Shown: one piece after another, positions 1-14,238 of the stretch
How positions within the stretch are numbered: position 1 is the first letter of the stretch
How the letters are laid out: each line of letters begins with the position of its first letter
NCBI GenBank assembly: GCA_002104945.1
Contig: MCFH01000050.1
Coordinates: 62,001-126,000 of the forward strand
Length of the DNA stretch: 64,000 nucleotides
Direction of reading: 5' to 3'
From: Piromyces finnis finn
Lineage: Eukaryota > Fungi > Neocallimastigomycota
The notes under the pieces: generated by a model
The model's database searches: none
What the model was told of the DNA's origin: nothing
Seen by the model: only the letters and a program-made list of their open reading frames with translations
Made by a program: the position numbers and the translations under genes

Positions 1-518
1 ACAATCGTGTAAATATTATTTCCTTTATCTTTATATTTTGGGGTTTTAAATTTTTCATTGTAGGTAGTTAACCAGTGATAGTCATCTCTTTTTATATTTA
101 TATTAATCATCATATGAAAATAATGAATAAGAATCAATTATACTATTTTTCTTTAATTAAAATATGATGCAATTTTTACATTATTTAATTAAAAAAATAT
201 TCACCTAAAGTCATCATTTTCATCGATAGATTTATCATAAACAACAAATGGGTTTTTATTATTAGAAAATCCTGTTTTACTTTCTTCTTTTGGTGCAAAT
301 TTTAATAAACTACGAATATATGATTGATTATTTTCATCATTATTATTTGATTTCTTACAATGAATACAATCATCTCCGTTATAATATTTTCGGCATGGAC
401 ATTTTGGTTTCTCTCTTTCATAAATTCGATTATAATTGTTATGAGTTGTTGAATTTTGACTTATATAAAAATGTAATGGCACTTTATCAGGTCCACTTGA
501 ATATTCAATATCAGTCAT
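1..518 (-). CDS. 5' part of a putative axonemal microtubule inner protein, SAXO4/PPP1R32-like (runs off the left edge)
   Basis: Exon 518-205 (MTDIEYSSGPDKVPLHFYISQNSTTHN...KTGFSNNKNPFVVYDKSIDENDDF) ends at an AG|GTGAAT donor. A 117-nt intron (204-88) follows, then an open exon from 87 (RDDYHWLTTYNEKFKTPKY...). PLHFY-like and GFxxNxxPxVxYxxSxD-like motifs resemble PPP1R32 as I recall it. Confidence 0.5.
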
Positions 519-1265
519 TATCTCTATTTACTTATACTTTATTATATATATGTATGTATGAAAATCTTTACAATTTTTAAAAATTAATATACTTATGTAT
601 ATAATCTATATATTATACATATGTATATTTCTATTTTTATTATTTTTTTTATTTATTGAAAATATCTGTTTTTCTATTTAGATTTAATTATTTAAATTAA
701 ATAAATATTTAATTATAGAATGGAAGAATAATTATTATATTTTTTCTTTTAGCTTAATATAAATACAAGCTTTCTTATATTTATTTAATCATATAGAGAA
801 ACAAAAAATACAACAACTCATAATAATTAAGTAAAATAAAAAAAAAAAGGATTTCGGATAAAAATTTTATTTTATTTTATTTTTTTTTTTTTTGAAAAAA
901 TAATATATATTTAAATTTAAATTTTGAAATATAATAAATTAAAAGGTAATCAAAAATTTTTATAAAAACATTATTTATACATTTTTTTGATAATTTATAT
1001 TAATCAATATAAAAATTTAAAAAATTGGTTTAAAAAGAAAGTTTTTTGACTTTGTTTTTGGAAATTTTGATTAATTATAATATTTTATTTATTATTTATA
1101 TTTCTTTTTTAAATGTTTAAACAGTAGTATAATTTTACATTTTAATAATCATTATATAAATTATTAATTTAAAGAAATAGATTTATCTTAATATAGTTAT
1201 TTTAAAAAATAAATTATTGCTCTATAAAAATATTTATAAAATTATTTAATAAATAAATATAAAAA

Positions 1266-2306
1266 ATGTCAGACGAAAATGAAATTAATAACAATGCTGG
1301 TGACAGTACTATTGCTGAATATGCTACTTATGAAGATTATTTGGATAGCCAAATTACACCTTTGGATATGTATTATTTAGAAGTAAATAAATATTATTTA
1401 ATTTTTTATATTTCTATAAAAAATATATATAAAGATTTTCTTAAAATTATTATAGGATAAGGAACTAGCTAGACAACTTGTTGAACTTGGTTATAGAGGT
1501 ACTGGAGAACCTTTAAAACGTGAGGAATTTACAAGCAAAAAAAAGGCAGCTGAAATGTTTAGGCTTTCTAAACATAATGCTACTAAGGTTTTATGTAGTC
1601 AAGATAAAGATTTAACTGGTTATCCATTTTTAAAAGCATTAGCAGAAAGAGAAGAATCTAATCGTAATGGAAAGTTAATGGTATATTTAATTTATATTTG
1701 GAAAATATAGTGCTAAGAAAATTAAATATTTAAATAATTAGTTTTAGTATATTTTAAAAATAGTAAAAAACTTAATTAATATATTCAATAATATAGTCTA
1801 TTATATTTATAAGAACACATAATAGTAAAGGACAAGAAATAAGTGGTTATATTGATTATGCTCATCGTCTGAAGATTGAATCATTTGAACAATATTTTTC
1901 TAGAAAAAAGACGTTATTACCAAGACCTTCTGATATGTCATTTTATAACTGGGAAACTCAAACATGTACTTGTAATGCAACTCCAAACTTCCAAGTTATT
2001 GCAGATAATGAAAGTGGATTACTATTTAAGAATAAAAGGGATAGAAAAATTATTAATGTAGATCCAAAGGTATATATATTTTATAATGCTTTAATAATAA
2101 TAAGAAAACATATAATTTATAAAAAAGAATAATAAGAAAATTACAATAGATTTTTTATTAGATATATTCTAATATTTTATCTTTGGATAATGAAAATAAT
2201 TGTTTAGGAAACAAAACCAGGAGATAACTCAACTAGAACAGAAATTCCTACACATGAGTATATTCAAGTTGTAATATATGATCATTTTACAAGAAGAAAA
2301 AATTAA
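1266..2306 (+). CDS. CFAP299: Cilia- and flagella-associated protein 299 (C4orf22/DUF4464 family), 4 exons
   Basis: Exons 1266-1382, 1456-1680, 1797-2069 and 2208-2306 with GT-AG introns give [36 protein letters not shown]...[15 protein letters not shown]...[17 protein letters not shown]...PGDNSTR, nearly collinear with human CFAP299. Confidence 0.95.
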
Positions 2307-2706
2307 TTTTCAAGTTTATAAATATCTAAACTTTACTTTAAAATCATTATAATCTATTATTTTACTTTTTATTAAATATAATTATTTATTATAAAACCAA
2401 AATATATGATAATAGAAAAATGAATATTTTATAATTATTTTAAAATTATCTATATTTATTAAATAAAAGATATAATAAAATATAATTTAATTATATAAAT
2501 ATGAATATTCCTATTAAATTAGCAAATTATATTACTATTAGAAAGTTAAAAAGATTTTGTTGTAATTAATATATTTAACTACTATATATATTTATTTTTT
2601 TTTAAACTATTTATTTGATATTTCTTTTTATATTTTTTTCATAATTACTTAATTTAAAAGATTTATGTATTTAAATGTTTAATATTTGAATATAAATATT
2701 AATATA

Positions 2707-5050
2707 TTAACAGTTAACATTAATAACCCATCTTAATGTATTTCCTCTATATGGTTTTTTGTCTAATGAAGGAATAGGTGGTTCATTAGGTGGAACAATG
2801 CTTGCATTTATAATACTACTATTACGACAATTTTTATCCTTGTTTGAACCAGAATATATCTTTGGTGTAGTATTGCTATCTTTTTGAATAACATTAGCTG
2901 AATTTTCTAGAATAATCGTAGATGATATTGGATTACATTTATGAATAGTATTATCATTATTAAATTCTTCAATTTCGGATTCATTTTCAGAATCTGAATC
3001 TAATTCTTGAATATTTCCAAAACCACCAAATAATAATCTCATTGAATCAGGAACTTCAGGGATTTTAGATTGATGATGTTTATTTTTAGATTCTTGGTTC
3101 ATATTCATACTGAAAAGGAAACTTCTATTATTTGTTTTTTCAGCAACAACAGGTTCGTTATCTTTTGCAGACTTCTTAGAATCTTGTTCATTTCTACTAT
3201 AAAATGAAATTTCATTTTCATTAATTTCTTGTTCATTAATTAGACATCTTAATGAGTCTGGTAATTTTTCAGCTTCGAATTCACAGCCATATGAACTATT
3301 GGTGGATGATCTTGCCCTATAATGAATAGATGGCGGTAGAGATATCTTATTAGATGGTGTGTACATTGAAACAGGATGAATACGACGAGAACAATTATTC
3401 ATAGATGATAAAGAATTATTAGATAAACATGATTCCATTAAAGAATCTTTTTCTTCATGAATTTTTACTTCACATAAATTAGGAATAGATGAAGAGTTTT
3501 CTTGAATATTTGAAATTGATGATTGAGTAGGAAGTTGTAGAAAGGGAGGTGCATTATTTGAAACAACTGGTGTGCATGGAACAGTTTTAGAACTATTTTG
3601 TATTTCTTGATTTTTAGTTTTATTATTTCTTGTTTTTTCTTCGAGAGAAAGAGATCGAGATAATTGATTAGTTAAGTTTTGAGTTTTATCTTTATTGATA
3701 TTTTCTATACTATTTTGAACAGATGGCGGTGGTGGTGCCATTTTTTTAGTATTTTTTAACATTAATGCTTTTTTTTGTAATGAAATTATCGATGTTGGGG
3801 ATGTATTAGATGGTGATTCTGTAGTTAGTGGTATATCATTATTATTTTCATTAGGTTTGTTAGTAATAGTATTATGAAACTCTTTTTCAATTGTTATAGA
3901 AGAAGGTGAAGAAGCTTTCTTTACTTGAGGTGATTCTTTTATTGATTCATTGTTTTCAGCTGGTAATGGTGGTGCTGGTAAAGTTTTTTTAATTGATGTT
4001 GAATGTATAATTATTGCTTCTTTTATTGATGGTTTATCTGGAACTTGCGATGGTGGTGTTGTTTTATCAATTTGTTGTTGATTAACAGGGGATAAAGATG
4101 ATGATATACTTTCTTTATCAATAGATGAATCTTGTTTTTGAGTTGAGGGTCTAGCTAAATTAGATGTCTTACTTGGTGTTGATGGACGAGTTGGTGTTCC
4201 GGGTTTAGATGGGATTGCTGGAGGTGGTAATTTTCTTTTTATTGGTACTGGTGAGGCTGCTGCTGAATTTGGTTTTGATGGAACTGCAGGTTTTATTTTT
4301 GGTACTGGTTTTGGTTTTAATGGAATATCATCTAAATCGGATTCAATTACGTTTTCTATTTCTTGAAATATATTATTATATAACATATTGACATTTTCAC
4401 TACTAATTTGTATATTACTATCTATTAATTTTAATGGTTTTGGTGAAATATTTTTTTTGGGTGAAACTGAAGGTTCTTTTCTGAAAGATGAACTTCTTAC
4501 TACTGGGGTATTTGGTGATGTTGATGAATTATTTTCTAATAAATCTCTTAATTGCTTTGCCTCAGAGGATGCATGGCATATTTCTTCAATATTCGATTCT
4601 GTTCTTTTAATTGAATCGTTAGAAATTTCTTTGGATTCAATAACAGCTATTTTTCTCTGTTCAACAATCCCCGATTCGATTTCAAATCTTTCAATTTATA
4701 ATGTTTTATATAAAATTATAATAAATAATTATATATTTTCCAATAAGCAATGATGCATTTTAATTAATTAATAAATAAATAAATAAATTATATGATCATA
4801 TTAGTTATATTAAAATATAATATATTTCTGTTAAATTACTACAAATTAAAATTAAGATAGATAATAAATAGAATAGTAACTTTTTATTATTATTGGAAAG
4901 GCTTTTATTTGAATCAAGATTAGATATTGATGGTGATAAATATTGTCCTTCAACACCTTCAAATATTTGTCTTTTTGATTTTAATGGTTTCCATGCTGGA
5001 TCAACTATGTTTTCTTCAGATGTATTATTAAAAAGTTCTGAATTACTCAT
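2707..5050 (-). CDS. Pro/Ser-rich, probably disordered protein with many PxxP motifs, 2 exons, function unknown
   Basis: Exon 1 (5050-4881) splices in phase 2 to an exon starting near 4688 (KFEIESGIVEQRK...). This exon is continuous with ORF 2707..4386 (PPPAIPSKP, PAPPLP, APPPPS, PPIPSL). Confidence 0.75.
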
Positions 5051-5633
5051 TTTTTAAAGTAAACTAAAAAGAAATGATGAGCAACTACCAAAATTTTTTA
5101 TATTATAAAATATTATATAATTCAAATGAATTTTAATTCCTTCTCATACAAATTTAACTATTTTCTTATTCTTAAATTTTATGAAAGAGGATATAAGATA
5201 TAAATCATATTAAAAATTAATATTAAAGTTAACGGTCAAATATTTATTAATTTATACAAATTAAAGTTATTAATTATATAAAAATTTTTTAAACAATTTT
5301 TTTAGTAACTTTATTAAATAATAATTTTCTTTCTTAAAACTATAATCTAGAAAAATTATAAAATAGTCTTGCAATTCATGTTCTATAAATATAATTCAGT
5401 GATATCTATCTAATAATACACACATTTATTAAAAGTTAAAATCTATAATAACATTAGTAATAATAATACAATTTTGAATATTTTGCTACTTTTTTTCATT
5501 GTCATTTAATAATATTAAATATATAAATCATATAAAACTTATTGAGAAACCATTTTCGAAACCTAAATATTGAAAATTATTTATTATTAATTACAATAAA
5601 ATTTTTATTTTTAAATTTTACATTTTTGTAATT

Positions 5634-8600
5634 CTAATTTACCCTATTTTTGAATTGCTCAATTAATTCTTCCATATCTTTTAATTTGTCTTCAATTGTA
5701 GATATATCATAAACTTGTCTTGTATTTTGCATTTCAACATCCTGTACTGTTTCAAGTAATTTGGATTGATTTTCCTTAATATGTGTTATTTTATTTCCAA
5801 TATTCTTTTTTTTTTTTTTTATTTTTTTGAAATATTTTTATAATACGATAAATAATAAATAAATATAAATAATAATAAATTATTTCTATTATAATTTTAA
5901 TATACCTTTGATTCATCATATCTCTTATTAAATACATTTAAAAAATTTTCTATTATCGAAGAATAATCTCCAATAATTAACTTATATAATTAATAAAAAG
6001 TGATTTAATAATAATTATTATATAAAGTAAAACTAATGTGTTTGTATTCAATATATATATATACTATATACTAACTTTTATATTATCAATTTTCTCCTTA
6101 CAAGAATTTTCTAATTTTATTAGGTTTACAATTTTGTTATATGATGATGAGTTAATTTTGATAACATTATTACTGTTTCTAAAAATTATATAAGTTGTAA
6201 TATATTAAAATATATTAATGCTATAATAATAGTATATATTTTATTATACTTTTCAATATTATTTCTAGTTTCGAAGAAATCAGAACATGACTTTGATTTT
6301 CTTAGTTTCAAATAATTTAATGAATGATTATGTTTTGAGTTTTGATATTCATCAACTTTTTTAATTAACATTGAATCTTTTATGAAATTTTCATATTCAT
6401 TTTTTTTCATTTGTAATATTTCTTCTAAACTATTAAAATTCTCCATTTCTTCACATATTTGTCTAGTTCTTGTTTCAATCATAGATTTTGAATGATATAA
6501 ATAATTAATGGAATCTGTTGATTTAATTATTTCCATATTTATTGATTCAATTTCATTATCATTTTCCATTACTTGAACATTATTTTCTTTTTCTGAAGTT
6601 TCATTAATGTCATTTTCAACATTAGAATTATATATATCATCAATTTCTTCTATATTTTATTATCATAATATATTTTATATATATTTAATTATATTTTTAA
6701 TTACTTAGTTGTATTAAATTATTATATTATAAGTTATTTAATACCATTATCCGAGAAATCATTATCATTATATATATCAAAAAATCTAAAATATATTAAT
6801 AAAATATATATTAATTCTATAAAATTTAAACTTTAAATTTATATTAATTATATTTATATGTTTTACCGTCTACTGGATTTTTCTGGAATTGATGGTTGAA
6901 GACTATTATTTTTCTTTATATCATTTAATTTCATTATGGAACTGTGTTAATATATATGATATTTTTTTAAGTATCATGATATAAATTAAAAAAAAAATCA
7001 GCATTATTATATATTTACTTGCTAAATATATTCTTTAAATTATCCATTGATTTTGTATTATCATTGATATTTTTTTTTTTTCCACTTTTTAAATATCTTA
7101 ATCTATCTATATTAATATGTTGGAAATAAAATGACATATCATTTTTCTCATTTACATTTTTATACTGTTTAATAATATCGAAGGTAATTTATTAAAAAAA
7201 AAATAGAAATAAATACTATGTATAAATTGTGAAATTAAAAATGAAATTAACAGTAATTTAAACTATACTTTATGTTTGGTTGAAGCAATGCTATTTATAT
7301 ATGAAGTATTTATATGTTTTATTGTGTCTGGATCTAATTCGGCACTTCTTACTCCACTAATCCTTAAACCGTTATTTCTCTATTATTATAGTGTATTAAT
7401 ATTATATTATTAATTTAATTATTAAGTTATCTTTTGAAATTAGAGTATATACCTTAAATGCAATAATTTGTCTTTCAAAGTTATTTGGAAATTGGAAAGG
7501 ATCTTTTGTTGACTATTATGAAAATATAATTATATATAATAATTAGTTGTTATATATAATAAATTAATTATTAATAAAAAAAAGTGTACCTGATATCCAA
7601 GAACATGAAGTTTAAATTTTAAATCAACAATTTCTCTTATTATATCTCTAATTGTACTATCAATCTAAAATAAATTTTTTGATATATATATATATATTAA
7701 TTGCTATATTAGTACTTTAATATTTTTTAAATATTACTAACTTCTGTATCAAACGATCCAAATATTGTAATATAACTATTTATCGCTGTATTCGTTTGAT
7801 CACACATTAGTCCATCATCACATTTTGGTGTTAAAAGTAATCCTAAAAAGTATAATGATATTTGAACTATTTTTCCTAATTCCATTATTGCGATATTAAA
7901 AGGAACACTTGGATGAATATCATACAATTGATAAAATTTATCTTTTTGTGTTGCACTTTTTAATTAAAAATATATATTTATGTTAAATAACAGTTATAAT
8001 TTATTAATAATTTTATTATTTTTCTAACCTTGGTTCTTTTAAGGTTAAGATACCTCTACCACTACACCCAAATTTCTTTAAATTAATATTAATATATACT
8101 ATAATAAAATTTAAATTAGTATTAATGTAAATTTATTACCTATTATTACATTAATATGTATTATATTACTAACATGGTAATTTATTATTCTCATAATCCC
8201 CGTCTGTTAAAAGCAATGTAGTTAATGATGTTGGAAATGAAATTAAATCTGTTACCATAATAATATTATTATTAGCCAACTGTCAAGGAGTTTGATTATA
8301 AAGAATATCAATTTAGTTAACAGTTCAATTAATAAATAATAATTAATATAATGTTAATGTTAATTCATACAGCTTTTGGTTTTGCTTTATCTTTTTCATA
8401 TTGTGAAAATAAATTTTCAATAGTCCCACTATAATCTTCTTTATTAGGAGATAAGAAACAAACCGAACAAACATGTATCTAATTAATCATTAAGGTTTTT
8501 TTTTAATAAATATAGGCTAAAATATTTTATTTTGAAAATTTAAATATTCTTTATCTACTTTATGCTCAGGGTTTCCAGTATATACTGCAATAGTTTTACA

Positions 8601-8750
8601 TAATCTTGTCCTATCAGTTACCCAGTCCAATACTATATAAGCTTGAAAACCTTCTAAATATAATGAATTTTCTTTAATCATTATGGAATTATTTTCATTC
8701 ATTAATTCATATATTGATTTAATTTCCATCATACATAATTTCATTTTCAT
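5634..8750 (-). CDS. STB6: STB2/STB6 (Sin3-binding) family protein, multi-exon, with C-terminal coiled coil
   Basis: Spliced exons give EGFQAYIVLDWVTDR...IAVYTGNPEHK...IMVTDLISFPTSLT...TDGD...NLKKFGCSGR...KDKFYQLY...MELGKIVQISL...DDGLMCDQT, matching the fungal STB6 N-terminal domain motif order. Confidence 0.85.
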
Positions 8751-9239
8751 TTTGGTATTTGATATATTAGTTAAAGCTTATATAGAGAAGAGAATAATTA
8801 TTAATAATATTATTGCTTTAGTTAAATTTATTTTATTTTATTCTTTTATTTTATTATATTATGATTATATTATCTGTTATATGATTATTATATCATATAT
8901 AAAATGTAAAGTATACAATATTTAATATTTTAATATATCGAAGTAAAAAATTTAAATATTTATTGGTATTTTAATTTATAAATTTGATTCCAAAAATAAA
9001 ATTAAAAAATTATTTACAAATTTAAATTATTAATTTTTCTAAATTAAATTTTTAAATAGTAAAAAGAAAAATTAAGGATAAAAAATTTATAATTTTTATT
9101 TTATTTTATATTTATTAATATATAATATTTATTTAAATATTTTTTTTTTATTATTGTAAAATATATTTTTGCTGTGATAATAGAAAGAAGATAATAAATA
9201 AATAAATAAATAAATAAATAAATATAAATATATTACAAA

Positions 9240-9668
9240 ATGAACAATCCATTATTTAATCAATTAAAAAACGATAAAAACAATATTCAAAATTCTAATA
9301 GTCAATTAATTTATAATCAAAGTCAATCAAATAACAATATTAATCAATTGAATTCTCCTGTATCTGATAATTTATTATATAATAGATATAATAATATGCA
9401 ACCTGCTTCAGAATTATTTAGCAATTCCACAAAAGAACCAGAATTTTCAATATCAAATGACAACACTAATAACTCTCAAGATTTAATTAATTTTCAAAAT
9501 GATTATAGGTCAAATGTTTCATCACAAATGTCTAATGGTATAATAAATTCACAAATTCAAAAAAATACATCAAATATCAATCAAAATATATCATTTTTAT
9601 CTACAACACCTCCAAATCAAATAGGAAATACTAATATACAACAGGATAATATATTTGATGCTTTGGTT

Positions 9669-9701
<33 letters not shown>

Positions 9702-10248
9702 TACAACAATAGTAATAATAATAGTAATAATAATAATGATAATTCATTATATTCCAATAACAATTGGCCTGATTATTTAACAAATCAACAGCAAATACAG
9801 ACACCAATAAATAATTATACAAACAATAATGAAATTCCAAATATTATGGATAGTTATAATAATTATAACGTAAGTGAAAATGTAATGGCTACAAATGTTA
9901 ATAATAATAATTTAGATAATCAAATGAACAATTCAAATTTCCCAAATTTCTATCCTCAAATTAGTAATAATCAAAATACATATTCACCAACTGTTCAAAA
10001 TCAATTGAATTTACTACAAAATTATTCACAGCCTCAACATAATTCATATAATCAAAATCAAATGGTAATAAATGATACATTATTTAACTCTAATGTGCAG
10101 CAAGTACAACAACAACAGCAACAACAACAATATAATTCTATAAATTATAACCAAAATTTTAATGCTAATTTTGCAGACCCTGAAATGTTTAAATCTTTAA
10201 ATTCTAATAAAATAAATCAATATAATAATAATCATATTACTAATAATG

Positions 10249-10289
<41 letters not shown>

Positions 10290-12134
10290 GCCTTTTTAGA
10301 TAGTAATAATTTATTTCAAAATACAATGAATGATCCATTAAATGTTAATGCTATTAATACTACCTCAACAAATAGTATCGATAATGTAACAAATAATAAC
10401 CTAAATATGGCATTTATTGGAGGAAATCAATACAATCCAAATAAAAATCCAAGAAAAATCGAAAATAAGAATATTAATAATCTATATAATAAAAGTACAA
10501 ATAATTCACTTACAATGCAACCCGATTTAGAAGGTAATAATTCTGGACTAATGGAAAAAAGTTCAAGTCAAGCTAATGATGCGTCATTGTCAATAAAAAC
10601 AAGTTCATTTCAAACAATTAATTCTATTGAATTTAATTCACCAGGTATTAATTCTATCATTTCTGTTGAAACTGATAAAGCTTCTTTATTAACACCATTC
10701 CCAGACATTCAACCTTCTAGTATTACATGGGAAAAATTATTTTCATCATTAGAATTACCTCCTTCCTTTATAAATTGCCAAACACCACCTTTACCTGAAT
10801 CGCCAAAGCTTTCATTAGATAATTGGGTAGACTCAGATTTATTTTTTTTAATTCCAAATTCAGATTCCTTAATAGATTATTTAAAGAAGTATTTCCCAAA
10901 AGATACCATATTTAATAGAGGTTTACCAAAAGCGGAAGAGCATGATAAATATCCAGAAGGAACAAGTATTTTAATTACTAGTCAATCTTGGTATGCATTA
11001 GCTGTTCTTACTAAAAAACAAATTTTGACAACACCACCAACTAAGGTAGATGCCCTAATGAGATTATGGTATTGCCATTTTCTAGCCTTATCTAAGTTAG
11101 GTTTAATTCAAGTTGCAAGAGCTGAAATTCAAAAGCTTGGTGATTTTGAAAATGATCCAAAGTATCAATTTGAATCATATCCAGACCTTTTCCCGGGATT
11201 ATATGGTTCATTTGTTTCTTTTGAAATTCGTGTATTAAAAGTTATGCTTCTTTCACAATTAGATGACACAAAACAGTGTTTGAATGGTATTTATTCTTTA
11301 TTACATGAAACAAAAAAGCAAATTATATTTTTAGAAAGAAAATTAGGTAAGAATAAAATATATAAATTTTATTTTTCGATTTTTATATTAATATAATTTT
11401 TTTCATTTTTATTTAAATATAAAAAAGCAAATAATAGCAATAATCCTGAAAATAATATAAATGCTTCATGGCTAAGAACATGGAAATCAAGAGAAATTCA
11501 ACTTCAGCTTATAATTGCTAGTATACTTATTAAAATGAAAAATGTACCATCAGCCATTAAAGTTCTGAAGAAGATACAAAAAAGATATCCAAAACATCCA
11601 GAAATATTATCGGCTATTGGTCGTCTTTATATACAAATTGGTAATCATGATGAAGCAAAAAAATACTTTAAATTTGTAGAAAATTTAATTAAAGAATTGA
11701 AAAAATCAATTTCTAATTACAATCAGCAAAATACACCACTTTCCCTAAACACTAATACTATAAATGTTAAACAACTTCATGAAATTATATTAATGAATCG
11801 TTCTTATATTTCTATAATGGATAATCTATACGATTTAGCCACCCAATCATTATTGGAAGTTCTTTCACTTAATCCAACTCATTTAGTTGCTGCAAATAAT
11901 TTAGCATTATGCTATTTATATCAAGGCCAACTTAAAAAGGCAATTGAAACTATGGAAAATATGATTTCTACTGGACCAGCAATAGCTTGTAGTCAAGAGT
12001 CCTTTATATTCAATCTCTCAACTATGTATGATTTAACAAGTAATACATTCTTACATAAGAAGAAATTCTGCCTTGATCGTATTGTTAAATATTCAAAAGA
12101 TGGTCTTAATGTCTCATGTTTAAAATTAAATTAA
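9240..12134 (+). CDS. TRAPPC12: Trafficking protein particle complex subunit 12 (TPR protein) with a long N/Q-rich N-terminus, 2 exons
   Basis: LWYCHFLALSKLGL...FESYPDLFPGLYGSFVSFEIRVL and ILSAIGRLYIQIGN...NNLALCYLYQGQLKKAI...FNLSTMYDL match TRAPPC12/TTC15. Intron at about 11348-11427. Confidence 0.9.
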
Positions 12135-12681
12135 AAAATAGAAGATAATATATTATATATTATATATTTTATATATAAAATAAACAAACAAACAAAAAAA
12201 AAATAGCAAAAAAAAATATTATTAAATTATTTCTTAATAATACATAAATATATTTGCAATATTTTTATTGTATTATAAAATGAAATGTATTAAAAATAAA
12301 ATAAAAAAAAATTGAAATTATAAAATAAAAAAATAAATTATACAGTATAAATGTATAACAAAAGTTAATAATATGAAATATTAATTTTGTATAAATATTT
12401 TATAAGGATTAAAAAAAAAATTTAAACTCATTCATTTATTCATTTTAAAACTTTAATTTATATTAAATTTTATTTAAGGTTTTATTTTTTAAAATTAATT
12501 TTTAAAAAATTTATAAAATCAAAAAATAAATATTTAAATTTTACAATAAATTCATTATTAAATATTAAATATATTGAATTAAAAATTATTCATTATATAT
12601 TTGTATTGATTAACATAAGGGAAAGCATTTAAAATAAATAAAAATTAAATTTTTTTTTCTTTTAGAAGAATATAAAAAAAA

Positions 12682-14004
12682 ATGGATGAAACAATTGCTG
12701 AAGAAACTACTCAAGAATTAGATGCTCTTGAAGAAAAAAAAAATGAAACTGAGAATGGCTCATCTGAACCTATAGTAGAAGTTAGTGAAAATTCTGCAGA
12801 AAAACAAGAAGATAAAGCATCTGAAGAAGTAATAGAAACAGAAACAAAGTCAGAAGAAAAAAATACAGAAAATGTAAGTGAAGAAAAATCAGAAGAAAAT
12901 AAAATAGAGACACAGACAGAAGAAACTAAACCTGCAGAAGAAAATGAAAAAACAAATGAAAATAAACAAGATGAGGAAAATAAGATCATTGAAGCAAAAA
13001 AAGAAGATGATAATGCATCAGAAGAAGCAATATCAAAGTCAAACAAAAGTTCCAATTCTAAACTTAATGAAAAAGAAACTAAAAGCACTCACAGTAGTAA
13101 AAATAAACTAAATGGAAGTGATTCAAGCTTATCAAAAAAAAGAGCCTCCAGAGAAGTTTTAAATAAATATAAATCAAGATCAAACATTAATGGCTCAATA
13201 AATAATTTAAAAAATTCAAAAAATAGTTTGAATGGCTCAAAAAGTTTATATAATAGTTCAATGATGTTAAATAAGAATCAATTCTATCATGAACAAAATC
13301 AAGAACCAACAGATAGAATAACATTTGAAAATACTTATCAATTAAAACCAATGAAAAAGTAAATTATATATAGAGAATATTTATTGAAATAATATTTAAT
13401 AGAATATTTATCTAAAAAAAAAAATAATTAAATCAATACTCTTATTGATTTAAAAATTATAGATTTAGTTCATACGAAGTTAAAAAAATGCTTGATGAAT
13501 TGTTACAAAAAAAATTTGTTACAGTTCATCAAGAGGAAGATGATGATCCAGAAACTGTATATTTCCAATATGAAACTAAAAAAGCACAAGAGATGAGCAA
13601 AGAACTTTCAAATGAAATTTTAGAAGAAGTAAAAAGTAAGTGGATATTTTAAATATAAAATATATAATTACTTTTTATTTTTCAAAATATTATTTTATCT
13701 AATTAAAATTCAATTTTTAACAAAAGAATTTGAATATGACAGATATAAACTTGTTGTGGATGTAACAATTGGAGAATATACTGGTCAAGGTGTCAGAATA
13801 TCATCAAGAGCTATTTGGGATACCAGTACTGATTCTTATGCCTCATCGACATATAGATATGTAAATATTAATAGAAATTTTAAAGTTTTTAAATAACAAA
13901 TATTTATTTTTTTTTTTTTTTCCATTGCTTTTATTACATACTTTTTATTAATCTAGGGAAATGTATTTGTCACAGCAATAGTTTTTGGATGTTATTATGA
14001 ATAA
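12682..14004 (+). CDS. Tctex-1 domain dynein light chain (TCTEX1D/axonemal LC2-like) with a long Glu-rich N-terminal extension, 4 exons
   Basis: TFENTYQLKP...YDRYKLVVDVTIGEYTGQGVRISSRAIWDTSTDSYAS...VFVTAIVFGCYYE* assembled across three GT-AG introns. Confidence 0.9.
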
Positions 14005-14238
14005 TAAATTTTATATATATTATTTACATTTAGATTATTATCTACTACAGGATAAAATAATAAATAAATAAATAAAAATACAGATATAAATGTACTATGT
14101 ACAATTGAATAATATATAATTTAAATAAAATATTTAAAAAAGAAAAAAAAATTAATTTGGGTATATTTTTTATTCTATTTTAATTGTATTATTACAAAAT
14201 TCATTAAATTATAAATAAAAATTTTTTAAATATTTATT

